Positions 37,331 through 50,135 are shown, counted from the first letter of the stretch. The stretch is 64,000 nucleotides of DNA from Lepidodermella squamata (GCA_047495785.1 JBLDXI010000010.1:1798001-1862000); one strand, 5' to 3'. Notes: generated from the letters alone by a model not told the origin. Numbers and translations are program-made.

Positions 37331-39175
37331 AAGAATTCAGAATTCCAAGCTGTATCGAATATCGAAGGATGTGTTGTGTTTGACTCATGGCTTCCTTTGC
37401 AACATTACACGCTGCGCGTGAATATCGGCATCGACAATGAAGCAACTGCAATCAGCTTCAATTATTTTCGCTGGGTGCGAAGTACAGGGATGTTCGTCGG
37501 CTGGGTGCTAGAATACAAGTATGTAGAAATCACCTCAGCTCCCGGATCCTACTGCGCACACTTTTCCCCGCCGAGCTTGATGATATGGATATCCAGCAAG
37601 CCATTAAGCAGCACTCACAACTTTTAACGCTTTTTTTACGTTGAAGCGACTATGCGAAATGACTACACGTAAAGCTCGTAGCATGGCGATGAAAATTTCC
37701 TTTTTCGTCACATGTCGCACTTATGAATAACTCAAAGTTCCATCTTCAGGCTAAGCGACAGGGTTAAAATTTTGGCTACTGGAGATGATCGTTGTTGAAG
37801 CAGCCCAGATGACGATAAGACCTTGCTACTATACGATGAACAACATTTTTCGCGGCCTTTTTCGAGCTTAACATCACAATTCTGGATTCTACCAATCGAG
37901 AATACCGATGAGCAAAAATAATGAGCGAAAAGCTATGCATCTTGAGCTATGCAGTACAAAAATGCAGTTATTTATCTACTGAAAGCATGAATTCAGATAC
38001 CGAAACTAAATTCATGCTTTCGGTAGATGAATAAGGGTGATATTTTTTCTGGTGCAGGCTTATTTACCGGATTCGTGGTCATTTGCTGAGAAAATCGTAA
38101 TTTTCGTTTTTCGTATCATACGGCGAATTTAAAATCAAACGATTCGCCATCATCATTCAATTATCAATTTTACATGCACTTTGGCGGATGCTGGCATTTT
38201 GAAATCACCCATGGCAAAAAAAACTCAAGATGATGTAGGGGTGATTGATCGGAAGCCCATGAAAATTATTCCGCTTTTCGATTACGACTCAACTAATGAC
38301 TCTAATTGGTCACAGTAACAGCTTAGCTGTTGGGGGAACCATGAGAATTATCAAAAGTTGCCAGGCTAATTCTATCCAAAGATACCTAAGAGTATCCGTG
38401 AAAACGACTCGTTTATTCTGTGTTCAAATATGACCAATAGTCTTCGGAGAAATGCGAATTACAGAAAAACATGGTGTCGGATGTCAACAAGCTTAAATCC
38501 AAGTTATTCAACGACGCTAACGATTTGTCGTGAAGACATGATGACATGTTTCCAGGATTCATGCGTGAGCAGCATATTGCGACGCTCCTATACTTCACCC
38601 CTATGTATTTTGTCACCATCAGTTATTTGAAAGGCTCATCCTATCAGGTTTTTTGAAGGTCCTGCTTGTGAGCTCTATATTATGATCAAAATACATGCAT
38701 GTATAACAATGGAATCCACTGATTGCATCTTCACGCTAGGAGATGATCAGAACTCCCCAGCTCCACCACATAGCGATTGATCTGTAGATACCTCAGAGCC
38801 GTAGTACCGCAACATTACACCGCATTAGCAGCCGACCCAAGCCTGGCATACAGCGTCGTTGTCGGTCAATTCAGTATCGCAGACGCAATCAACTCGCCCG
38901 GCATCGGCATCGATAATATTTAATTCTACATCGAGAAGCTTAAGTTTAAGAAGCGCGTGGAAGATTTGAATGCTAACTTCTCGTCATTTGCTGTCAAAAA
39001 CCATGTGAAATTTGAGTTGTAACGTGAGCTAATTTTGACGTGTAAGCTGCTAAAACCGGATTTTATTCTACAATCTACAATTATTCGAGTATAACAGTGA
39101 TTCTACTTATCAGCCTGGAATAATTATGGATGAACAGGGGCAATATTGGTCAATAAGTTTTGAAATCCAATGCTT

Positions 39176-40024
39176 TTAAAGCGTAAGACAGTAGCCAAAA
39201 CTACGAGACCAGCCGCTGGCGAGACAAGTGGCCGACTTCTCACCGATCCAAACGCCACGCGAGCAGCCAACGACAAACAGCGTCTCGCCGATGCGAGCTC
39301 CCATGGTCATGTCGGAAACCTTGCGGCCACCAACTGTGGTCACAGTGCCGTAGCCAGAGCCAGTAAATGTCAGCGTGCAGTCTGATCCGCCAGCTGGGCA
39401 ACTGGCCTCGTCCGAACCATCAAAGCAATCTTCCTCGCCGTCGCATTGAAATGTACCTGTTCCATAATAAATATCGATACAATGCTGGGTGGTGAAAAGA
39501 AATTCGATGATACCTGGGAGGCACGTTCCAGTGGTACGACATCTAAAAGCAGTGGCAGCGCAGGTGGGGCAAGAAAGTTCGTCAGCGCGGTCTCCGCAGT
39601 CGTTGTAGCCATTGCAACGAAAACTGAAAAATCACATCCTTCAGTTATGGCATTGAGTCTTTAAAATATCATTAAAATATTACGAGTATGGGATGCATTT
39701 GCCATTTCCGCAATTGTAGGAATTCCCTTTGCAGTACTGTAAAGAAAAGTCAAGCTCTGGTGAGAAGTTTGCTTTTCAAAAGAAATTCTACCGAGCAGCC
39801 GATTTCGTCAGAATAATCGCCACAGTCGTTATCGCCATCGCAGACGTACCTTTTCGATAGAAAATGTAGCTGAGCATGACGAAGCTTTGTTGATATTCTT
39901 ACGAGGAGTTGATGCAAACCGAATTCGTGCATTTCGATTGGCCTCGCATGCAGTCGAGTGCCGTGGCTTGGTAGATTGAAACCGTAGCCAAAAGGGCACA
40001 GCCGAGAATCAAACCGTTGAACAT
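39176..40024 (-). CDS. Secreted LDLa3-CCP protein (copy 2, 5 exons)
   Basis: Same exon structure and splice sites as copy 1; YVCDGDNDCGDYSDEIGCS; ends GYCLTL*. Confidence 0.88.
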
Positions 40025-41079
40025 TTTTGGAAAGTTGAAGGAAAGTTGAAGTGCGATTTTAACTTGAGTCTTTTAGATAGCTTGCCGATGAAATTATGAA
40101 AATGTGGCGTTTCTGGCTGCTTTTATAGCCAACTGATTGGGTACTAGGCAAGCTTGTCGACATTTGGCAGGGTGTATCTAGTGTTGTTTTATGTTTAACT
40201 CATGACTTCCTCTTCCAAATTCCGAATTACATTTTTTTGTTACTACTTTAAATATCGACATCGAATATGAATCAGCTGCAATTGGTTCTTTTGTTTCCGA
40301 GCTTGATGATATGGATATCCAGCATGCCATTAAACTTAACTCACGGCATGAGACTACGCATTTCTGACATCATAAAAGCTCGAAGTGAAGTATGGTGATG
40401 ATTAATTGTCGTCGACTTCCTTTTCCAAATTCAAAATGACATATTATTGTTACTTGAAATATCGACATCGAAAATGAATCAGCTGCAATTAGCTTCCAGA
40501 GTTTTTTTGTGCTGACGTTGATTATAGGAAGGATTTCCAGCTAGTCATTAAAACGCCATCACAACCATTCTTGTAAGACTACGCCTTTATGACTTCAAAA
40601 TGACTGCCCGACAACAGCATAGTGAAGCATGACGATGATTAATTGTCGTCAAACATCGACATGCCGCGATATTTTTTTTTCGGGTTGTTTAGGTTTGATG
40701 ACTTTAAAATGACTACGCGGAAAGCTCATAATTCATAATGACTATTTGTCTATAAATGACTATTTGTCGTCTAACATTGACAGGTCGCACAACCTTGGCA
40801 ATTGAAATCGATTAACAGCCTAGATGACGTCAAGAATATTAGTCGTATTTGTAGTGAATGAAGTCGGGTTACTTTCGGGTAGTTTTTAGGTTTTAGGTTA
40901 GTTTTGTTGTAACGTTAGATTCTAGCAACTTGGTACGATACCACCCATTCCCCTCCGTATTTCGCGCCGTGTTTCCGATTTACGGAACACCATTCTACCG
41001 AACTGTAATGACAAAAGACATGCTCAAAACATTTTAGCAATCGAGATTGTTAGCATTAATATGTACGAGTAAAGCCGTT

Positions 41080-41330
41080 GGCACCCTAACCACGCCTGAT
41101 ATCTGGTATTTTGTCTTCTTTACGTAGTGCAGGTTTCGACGAGCCGGCTATCGAATTAACCAGCTGTTTTCAAACTGCCAGCAATTGACCACAGTAAATG
41201 GAAACATTAGTAACACCGCCGATTTGAAGAATGGATTGCCACAGGGCTCTGTATTCACCTTGACTACCTTTACTATTCACAATTTATGCAAAGAAGTTTA
41301 CGATTTACATCACGATATGGTGCCGAAGAA
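41080..41330 (+). mobile_element. Duplicate of the LINE RT remnant
   Basis: NTADLKNGLPQGSVF motif, homologous to 37090-37330. Confidence 0.65.
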
Positions 41331-42810
41331 AGCATTTATTTATTTATTCGTTTTCGCAATTGCACTTTAAAAACCTTTTGAAATATTAAAAAAAATCTGA
41401 CGAATTCCAAGCTGTATCGAAGGATTCCTTACGTTTGACTCATGCCTGACTTTTCAACATTTCACGCTGCGCGTTAAAATCGACAATGAAGCAACTGCAA
41501 CCAGCTTCCGTTTCTTTTGTTTCCGAGCTTGATGATATGATATGGATATACTGCAAGCCATTAAGCTGCACCCACAACTATTCATATAAGATATAAGGCT
41601 ACGTTTTTTTACATTTAAACGACTATGCGAAATGACTACACGTAAAGCTCGTAGCGTGGTGATTATAATTATCTTTTATCGACACTCACTTATCCACGTC
41701 GCACTTATGAAAAACTCCATCATCAGGCTTAGAGTCACAGGGTTAGAATTGTTGGCTACTGAAATCAATCGTTGTTATAACAGCCCAGATGGCACTAAGA
41801 ATATTCACCTTGGTACTATGGTAATATACCTTGGTATGGAAATGGTACTATGCAGATTGTAACTACTATACAATGGTCAACAATTTTGCACATGATTTTT
41901 CTTCATGAAATTCAAGCCTGAAAATACCGCCTTGTTCGAAGATCCTACTTCCCGCACTTTTACGAATATTACAATTAACAACGTTATTGCACATGATTTT
42001 CGAGGCTTTTTTCGAGCTCCGACCGAATTTGGATGAGCAAAATTTAGAGAAAATATGTGCATACTGAGCTAGTCACCCTCGCAGCCGATTTAGTGACTTG
42101 CTGCAATCCTTTAGCTAACAATTTGAATACAGTGCGCTGGTAGTATGGTAGGGATGCGAAGTACAGAGGTCTCGACGCCTCAGCTTCGAGTTGCCAACCA
42201 CAAGAATAAAGCTACAGGCGGATGACCCTTTGTTTTCTTCAGCTGGGTGCCGGATAACGCCTCGACCTTTTGATAGTAATACAGTGAATTATAGCGAAGG
42301 TGGGATATGCGTCACGCAAAACGCAAAACGATTCGATTCTTCGGGCAGAATGACAGTCGCATTGATAGCCATCCGAAACCGACCGAGCAGAGCCATCTTG
42401 AGTCCGATAGCCACATATTTTCAGATTCAGCAGCAGCAATTTGTCGAACATGCGAGAAAATTCGAAATACGAATAAAAACTCGCAAAATGAAGAAAGTGA
42501 GAATAAATCAAGCAAGAAACAAATTTGACGATTCGTCAAATTGAATTTTTTATTTTAATTAAAAAGCAATTGAAATTTAGCGAGAGTGTACAACACAATG
42601 CTAGAAACCCTTAAAATTTTACGATAAGACCGGGATAATACACATATACTATTATGTTAGATTTTCCCCAAATTATTGTTCATTCGGGGTATGGGTATGG
42701 CATGAAAAAGATTTTATTATGCAACCTTTGCCTCTCGGCACTCGCGGGAATATGGGTATTATTCCCAAAAGAATACGAAAGAATTGGGGAAGAGTTTATG
42801 AGAACACTAC

Positions 42811-43905
42811 TTAAGACACAATAATTGAGAAGTAAACAACATTGACCCCCGCGATGAACAAGAAGACAAGCACAAATACCGCAAAATCAACAATATTGAT
42901 AACTTTGACAGAAGACATTTTGCATAGTTTGACTTTCCTAGCAAAGTAATCGGTCTCAGTTGCTAAACGGCAAGAGATTAGGCACCAGAGCGCTATGAAA
43001 ACTGACGCTCCATAGTAGCACCCTAGATAGACCTCCATGTAAAGTCTCGTCGAAGTTTTCGGGATGGATGAATAGAAAACTCCCTGGAAAAATACGAAAG
43101 CCAGAAAGACAGTGACGGAAAATGACGAGCGGTCCGGCATTTCAGCTGGTAAAGCTAATGTCCCCAACATCATGGTGGCCAGAAGGTAAGCTGGAACGAA
43201 AAACAAGCCGAAATAGTAGTCCGACTTGCGCTTGATCTTGAACGAGAAAACAGCGCTGTTCATTGCGTTATTGATGATAGTCTCAGAGCTTTTCAACTCC
43301 CAAATGTCTGCATCATTCGAAAATCCAAAAATGTATGGAATCGTGGTTCCATTAGTAAAAATGAAAGGTTTTTCTAAATTGAAGCCTTGATAGCCAGATA
43401 TCTGTATGTCGCACGATTGGGCGTCGAATGGAAATTTAGCGTGATCCAAGGTGCACGAAGTTAAAGTTATGCCTTTCGCTGACCAATGTGCTTGCCCATC
43501 ACTTGTAACCACGACTTCACTGCTTGAGTCGGAGAAAAACTGCGATGAACTGCCGATTTGATTCCAGATATTAATAGTTGGCTTCCATATCGAGTCTTTC
43601 GAGTACCAACATTCCGTGGGTATATTTTCACTTTTGTTCGCTTGCCATTTTGCGCAGTCTGGTAGCGGCCATTCGAATACCATCATTGCTTGGAGAGAGA
43701 ATGTCTGGGATATATCGTCGATGCCTAGAAAGGCGTAGGGCCAAAGTGTGAGCGTCAGGTTCACTGGCTCAGGGCTTGGTTTCGCAAATTTAGACGTCAA
43801 GTATTCGCAGTCCAACGTCAGGTTCTTGCAAAATGCATAGCTTGCCGAAACACTGGGTCCTGAACTAACTGCCAGCAAGATAGACATCATTTTCCATCCG
43901 AGCAT
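42811..43905 (-). CDS. Intronless Cys-loop channel subunit (pLGIC-H)
   Basis: C-TLDHAKFPFDAQS-C, IKRKSDYY, M2 PDRSSFSVTVFLA; paralog of F and G. Confidence 0.93.
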   Translation of the reverse strand: MLGWKMMSILLAVSSGPSVSASYAFCKNLTLDCEYLTSKFAKPSPEPVNLTLTLWPYAFLGIDDISQTFSLQAMMVFEWPLPDCAKWQANKSENIPTECWYSKDSIWKPTINIWNQIGSSSQFFSDSSSEVVVTSDGQAHWSAKGITLTSCTLDHAKFPFDAQSCDIQISGYQGFNLEKPFIFTNGTTIPYIFGFSNDADIWELKSSETIINNAMNSAVFSFKIKRKSDYYFGLFFVPAYLLATMMLGTLALPAEMPDRSSFSVTVFLAFVFFQGVFYSSIPKTSTRLYMEVYLGCYYGASVFIALWCLISCRLATETDYFARKVKLCKMSSVKVINIVDFAVFVLVFLFIAGVNVVYFSIIVS

Positions 43906-45081
43906 TTTAAGCGTTGCTAATTGCGTATTTGAACAATGTGAGAATCAGAAGTTATATACAATTTGTGAATTATATTACCTATCACTGGGGCAATGCAAAA
44001 TCATGTCGATTGGCAAACAATATCGATTACAAACATGTAATTTCACCCCGCATGCAATGCGTCCGTAAGCAATACTAGAAAGCGTCACTGCTGGGGATTG
44101 AGAGACCAGAGCGTAGAGGAACTGAAGTGGGAAAACGGTAAAAGTGAACTAATTCCATGACATGGTTGTCAAATACAGGAATTTGGAGGGGAGAGAGAGG
44201 GGGAGTTGAGGGATGTGGTATTGGACGGCTCTATGTAACAGTAAGACTGAAATCAGCAACCGTAAACATTTTTCTTCCAAGTTCAAATATTTCATAAAAA
44301 ATTCCCACTTGTCCATGAAGATGAATTAAACTGGAGTATATTCATTGGGTAAATGTGGTAAATTATGCAAAGTCAAGGGAGGGACGGCCAAACTTCGGAG
44401 TTTTCATGGTGTCTGCCGAGATTTCTCCGTTTTATTTGCAGGTGTTACTTTGGCAAATAAAAGAATAAAAGTATTCGCACAAAATCATTCAAAAGTTTGT
44501 CTTACTGATTACACATCATTCGCATCGCCACCATTACGGCATAATTATCTCAGCTGTTCAATTTTGATCGTCACTTCTCTTGATTCAGCATTAATTAAGC
44601 AAGTAAACATGTCATTTTTGAAGAAATGCATCATAAATGCAGATGTCGATGTGCCAAGTAAAAGGAACAGCGGTGAAGAGATAATAGTGGCATTTTTTAA
44701 TAACGTCAGCGGCGCCCCACTTTCAGTTATTTGGTTACCATCATATCGTCATAGCCGTTAGCCTCATTGAATAGCCTAAGGTTCACCATAAAAAATACGT
44801 TTTGGTTATTAGCCCATCTCAGTGATTGCGTCGAATCGATCTTTCGTCAAAATGCTTTGAATTTCTGATACCCATTGCGAATTTAAATTTCAACTTATTC
44901 AAGTTGAATCAGCCAGACTATGCACCGAAGCTGTCATCGTAAAAAATGGAATTTAAACAGCGCTCATACAAGCCACATCCGGCTAGTTTTTTTCACCGCT
45001 ACTAAATGACAATAGCAGTGGCCTACTATTATCAAATTGGTGCGAGCGTTTACAGCTTACAAAGTAGAATTTGCTGCTGAA

Positions 45082-45471
45082 ATGTTAACAACAGCCCAGC
45101 TAGCGACTGGTTTTTTCTTTGCTATCACACGACTTGCATTGGGTCAAGTTCATGGCAATGCGACATCCAATGTTACCGAACATGTAGATCACGTAAGCAT
45201 CTTCTTAAATCATACAAAAAATCAAAGAAATTGCACATTGCATTTTCAGGCGAATCACAATCATGAAGAACCGGAAGGCGAGCCGGAGCATCACGCTGGC
45301 GGCGAAGGCGGTCACGAAAGTGGTGAAATGATGACGAACGGAGGTCCGGCAATCGGAGTCTTCCTCGCCATAGTTTTTGGTTTCTGCGCTATGATCGCCC
45401 TAATCCGTTACATTATCAAGCGATGCCAAAGAAGCCGAAGTGCTGTTACCAATGTTCATTCCCACCATTGA
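45082..45471 (+). CDS. Small type I membrane protein with His/Glu-rich ectodomain (probable intron 45193-45249)
   Basis: Signal peptide, HNHEEPEGEPEHHAGGEGGHE, TM PAIGVFLAIVFGFCAMIALI, basic stop-transfer; GTAAGC..TTTTCAG intron. Confidence 0.75.
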   Translation: MLTTAQLATGFFFAITRLALGQVHGNATSNVTEHVDHVSIFLNHTKNQRNCTLHFQANHNHEEPEGEPEHHAGGEGGHESGEMMTNGGPAIGVFLAIVFGFCAMIALIRYIIKRCQRSRSAVTNVHSHH

Positions 45472-45545
45472 AGCCAATTAATTAATATAGCCCATAGTAT
45501 CTCCCCTAATAAAAGACTACCTCAGTACCAAACAACCCAGTTTTA

Positions 45546-46813
45546 CTAGTATTCAGAGTAAATCATGCTAGGGATGAAAATGCAAGCAACAGTCAGAACA
45601 CCGATGAAGTTTGCGACGAATACAGCGAAATCGATGAGTCGGACTCGAGTTGGCTGTAAACCAACACAAATTCTGACTCGCTTAGCGCCCCAAGCCGAAC
45701 TAGCAATCGAGGAAGATATCAGGGCGTATACCACACCCAAAGCACATTGAGCAGTCTGGATTTCAAGCACTGTTATCAGATAAACCGGTTCGGCAGTTTT
45801 TGGTATTTGATCGAAAACAATTGTCAGAAGGACAGAAAAGGCTAGCACGATGGAAATGCCGTACATTATCCGGTTAGTATCATCAGGGGCGATGAATAGA
45901 CTGCAAAGCTGTAGAATTGTCATGGCAGCCATTGGGAGAAACAAGTTCCCAATGTAGTGCTGATACTGCCTCGCGAATGCCATTCGAATCACAACTTTGT
46001 GATAGCTCATGGTATGCTCCATCCAGGTGGTTTCAGAATCTCGGATGAACGTCCATATTCCAAAGACAGAACCATCGCCAAACAATATTGGAGTCCTAAC
46101 CTTCTGGATCATAGTATATCCAACCCAGTCACGTGACCGAATTTCGATAGAGCATTCTAGGTAGTCAAAAGGGAAGGCGATCAAATTCTTGTTCCTACAG
46201 CTAGTTTCCAGCATTCGAGTTTCAGAGATGTATCCTTGGACCGGGTATTTCGATGCTGAGAAGTAAATATCCCCAGTTGCTCGAGTGATGAGATTAATCT
46301 CCCGAATCGCATTGACATGATGAAACTTTGGGAACCATGACCGTAGAGCATCGCTTGGTATCATTAGTTCGTAATTATAGCGGTTGAAGGCTTGTCCGAG
46401 ATCGCCAACATCTATGGGAGTACAACCTACCGTTGGCAGTGCCCACGTTTCGTCGATTCGAGCGAAAAAAGTAATTCTAATGAAGAATTCCGAAAATGGT
46501 AAATTCCAGAGGAATATTCAAGGTCTTACGTTTGAGCCAGGTCATTTAACCCTACGACACGGTAGAAAATGATGGTTATATTCGCTTTGATAGGCAAATC
46601 TTGACTTCTTCGCCGTTGAACTAGCTCGAGATCAAGGTACCGCTCCGCAGCAAGTGGACAGGCTGTTTTGAAGAAAAAATCAGCGACTTCTCTAGAGTAG
46701 CTTTTGTTTTCGTAGATGATTTGTCCTTGTTGTGAATCAGATTCATTAACAGGTTGGTTGTTAGCAATTTCGGTAAAGCAAATCAGTAGGAGCAATCCTA
46801 ATCGCAGAACCAT
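45546..46813 (-). CDS. Divergent Cys-loop channel subunit (pLGIC-I), 2 exons (intron 46477-46529)
   Basis: WFPKFHHVN, C-RNKNLIAFPFDYLE-C, FARQYQHY, M2 TNRIMYGISIVLAF. Confidence 0.92.
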
Positions 46814-47325
46814 TGTTGTGTTTGGATCTTGTATAATATCTTAGTCCGCAATGATACGGATGCGTGATTTTTGATTGCCCGTAACATTCAGTTAATGTAG
46901 GCTGCATTCTTTCATTTACTACCACTGTTGCGAGAAAAAAATGCGGGATCAGAAGCGATCTGGTTAACATCGCGCAATGCGCGCATGCTGTAAATAATGT
47001 TTTTTATTGATATCACTGCAGTTCGATTTGTGTAACAAATGGATAGCCCTCATTACGCTTTGTAACATCAATCTGAATTTTAGAAACCACGTTTGATTAT
47101 TTCATGGCTTTCGGATGTTAATTAAGCCCATAGAAAACACTTTCTTTAAAGCCGAGGTCGTTTCATCGAATTAATTTTCATCGTAATACCGTTTCATCGT
47201 CGTTTCATCGTAATACCTACTTAATTTTCATTCATTAATTTTATCGCCAAGCCTTAGTATTTTCCGTAACTTAAGGTGGCAGCGTAATGTATTGTGAAAA
47301 TAATGAATAAATTATTTGCTGTTTC

Positions 47326-47702
47326 GGGTCCCCCACAGAGTAAAAGGCTTCAAAGCAGTATAAACCCATAAAGCGGGGCAAACGCCACGCAACAATAAAT
47401 CGAATTAATTACGATAAAATTCTGCGTAATTTTCTGCATATTGGCTCATCATCACTTTAAGAGCCCGGCTTATGAATTTTGGAAAATTTTCGAAAAACGA
47501 CTTTTTCGACCAAATTGAGGTCTGAGCTACATTACGGAGTTTTCATGACATACGTTCCTCAAATTTTGGTGTGGAAAGCTAGAATAGCAGACCATCATGT
47601 TAGTCCATTGGTTGAAAATCAGAGGCTAAGCCTGAGCGCCTACTGGGAAGACTATTCAGTGCGTTTACCCTGCTTTGAAGCCTTCTGCTTCGTAGGGGAC
47701 CC
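47326..47702. mobile_element. MITE, 377 bp, 8-bp TSD (Merlin- or MULE-like termini)
   Basis: ~40-bp imperfect TIRs GGGTCCCC..AAGGCTTCAAAGCAG; direct repeat GCTGTTTC at 47318-47325 and 47703-47710. Confidence 0.85.
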
Positions 47703-47784
47703 GCTGTTTCAACTCGAAACTGTTAGCTGAAACTTGCGTCAGTTGTATTTTCTATGAGCAACGATTCATTAATTCTTCGCAAAA

Positions 47785-50135
47785 TCATCCTTTATTGCCT
47801 AATAAAGACGTAATTTCAGCCAAAGAAGTAGACAAAGCTAAGGTAGTCTTCATTTCTAGGTTAACATTAGTCCCATTGGTCAGTTGCAGTGTCAGCCCCG
47901 GAATTTCCAGAACCTGAGGCTGCATATTGGGCGGCGTGACCCGCATGACTATCTTCGTGAAGAGAACCGACGCAAAATACGGCTGATGAACCAGTTCATC
48001 GCTGTTTTCAACAGGCATAGCTATGAAAGTTACATTAGACGATAAGTCGCCCAATTCATGCAACTGAATCTCAATTCCACGCTGTTGAGCTGCTATTGAA
48101 GTATCATTTTCAGTCTGCTCCAACGATTTTGCAGACTGGCCTAATACTTTGAATAGGAAAGGCATTTTTTGACTAGAAGTTGCTGAAGCAGAAGAAACAT
48201 TGACGTCATACAGTGCCAAATGCAAATCATGACGTAACGACGATAAATTCGCTACAGCATGCAATTTTGTTTCGAACAATTTACCGGCAATAAAACTTGT
48301 GGTTTGATTCGCAGAACCTAACGCAACATCAGCATCTCTCAGCTGTATCAAGGCACGTTTCTCAGGACGGCCAATCCTGGCTGATAAATTGGATGCAAGC
48401 TTTGAGAAGTCGAAATCTGACACGAAATTCAATTCGCCTATCGATCCGTTGATTGAAGACTTCATCAAGGAATCTATTACAAGGTCTCTAAAGCCGAAAT
48501 TCAGCAACCCTTTGAAGGCCATGCTATTCCCATAAGCAGAGTCGATTTTATAGGCCAAATCAGTGATTCCTAGATCAAAACTAGACCAGCCGGTTTTAAC
48601 ATGAGTATTTTTAGCCGTGAAAAGCCCAAAATCGAATTTCCCGACGTGGACACTTGCATAATTTGGACTCCGCGACGTCATGTGCAGCGGACCTCCTAAT
48701 AAGAACCTTGCGTCGAATGATGAATCAACCAGTAAATCACCGACATATCCTTTGAATCGATTTTTCGACTCCTGCGATTTAACGTCAAAAGAGACCCCAG
48801 TTGCGTTGAGGACTAGCTGAACCTTCGTATCCATATTATCGCCGAAAGTTGACATTCTAAGGTGTCTAAGGACTAAGCTTGCATCTTGCTTGCTAGCGTC
48901 AAAGTTTTTCCCGCTGAAAAACCGTATGCCAGGCCTAGTTTGGAGGGTGAGATTTGAAACCTCAGCAATAGAAGGTACAATGTAACTTGAAAGACCTTCC
49001 TTCGACATTGGCGGAAAGGAATAGCTAAGCCAATGTTGGAAAGCCCGCCAAACCGTGGAAAGAATCGTGTCCTCCAAATGGATAGCGATGACAGATTTCT
49101 TACCGCAAAAGTTCTTTTTCGAAGATTTCATCAGTAGGCTCAACCTACCGATTTGAGCTGCCTCGAAATTCGAGTAAGCAAACGCCATAGGTGGCTCGAA
49201 CTGTATAGTTGCGTCTGATACGAAATCAAGCTCCATTTTCGATTGATTCGCCATCAAATAGTCCGGGCTAGGCCATACGTTGAGCCTCTGAGGTTCGGAG
49301 TTGCTGTCTTCCTTGAAAGATCCGCTTAACCGATCGATTTGCAAGTCGGTTTCGTTGCGAAACCCAGCGATATAAATCTTCAACGTCCCGTCATTCTGCT
49401 CGAGCCGAATCGGCTTATCAGGGTCGCAAGTTTTAGATTTCAACTTCATTTTTAAAGAGCTTAGTTTCAAAAGCCGCATGATCAGAAGGACTGAAGTGTC
49501 AAATCCTTTCAACGGCTTACTGCAAACATGTAGACTACCATCGTCTGCCTCGACTTGCCTTCTTTCCTGGACATGTAGACCACCTTCTTCTGTTTCAGCT
49601 TGCCTTGTTTCCTGTTTTTGAGGCGCTTTGATTGGCCCGGTTATGATAGGTTTCGTGAGGATTATATAGATATTTGAATTAGTAAAGTCCAGTCCGATGT
49701 CGATCGGCGATGTTTCAGGTAAAAGACCGTTGAAGCAAGGATTTGGTCTGACATAGGCGAAGTAAATTATAATAAGCACCAGTATCGCGAGGATTAGCAA
49801 ACATAAGAGACCGAGTAAAATAGAACCAATAACTATAGACAATACGATAAAATACGAAAACGGTCGGGCAAAAGCTTACTTTGAAAGGCTAAAGTCCAAG
49901 TGCACTCGCAAGCGCCCGAGGACTTTTCAGAAGTCACAACAACAACTTCAGAATCAGGATTTTTGCTGATGAATGGATCGTTTTCTTTCGGCACACCCAA
50001 CACCGTATCCCCATCATCTGTATCCATTCTAGCTATCGGAGCGTTGAGAGGCCTTTTTCGACCGTTTGGTATTTCTTGAGTGGAATGGGAGAGTAGAGCT
50101 CCGTTGAGACTCACTGGTCGCTTTTGCTCGTCCAT
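47785..50135 (-). CDS. Orphan type II membrane protein with long beta-rich C-terminal region, 2 exons (intron 49833-49879), ~770 aa
   Basis: GTAAGC..TATAG intron fuses ORFs 49833-50135 and 47785-49842; one N-proximal TM; no recognised family. Confidence 0.8.

Larger units (their letters stand above)
34227..42070. repeat. Tandem segmental duplication, ~3.9-4.3 kb unit (about 34227-37950 and 38527-42070)
   Basis: Near-identical blocks at offsets of ~4300 and ~3900 bp, separated by a ~0.4 kb indel near 34615-35000. Confidence 0.9.

Noticed and set aside
35275-39664. Duplicated ORFs such as MVTTTAETALTN, MKCTCSII and MLLKHSTV
   Set aside because: Wrong-frame or antisense shadows of the spliced LDLa3-CCP genes.
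36230-41700. Recurrent motifs as a CRISPR-like array
   Set aside because: Eukaryotic context, degenerate long units, homologous rather than unique spacers, no cas genes.
42191-42544. Cluster of four short overlapping ORFs
   Set aside because: No domain, signal or splice support.
42632-42766. Short imperfect inverted repeat (GGGATAATACACATA / TATGGGTATTATTCCC)
   Set aside because: Possible tiny MITE, but too degenerate and no TSD.
44345-44761. 138-aa plus-strand ORF
   Set aside because: Non-ATG start, no motif, likely chance ORF.
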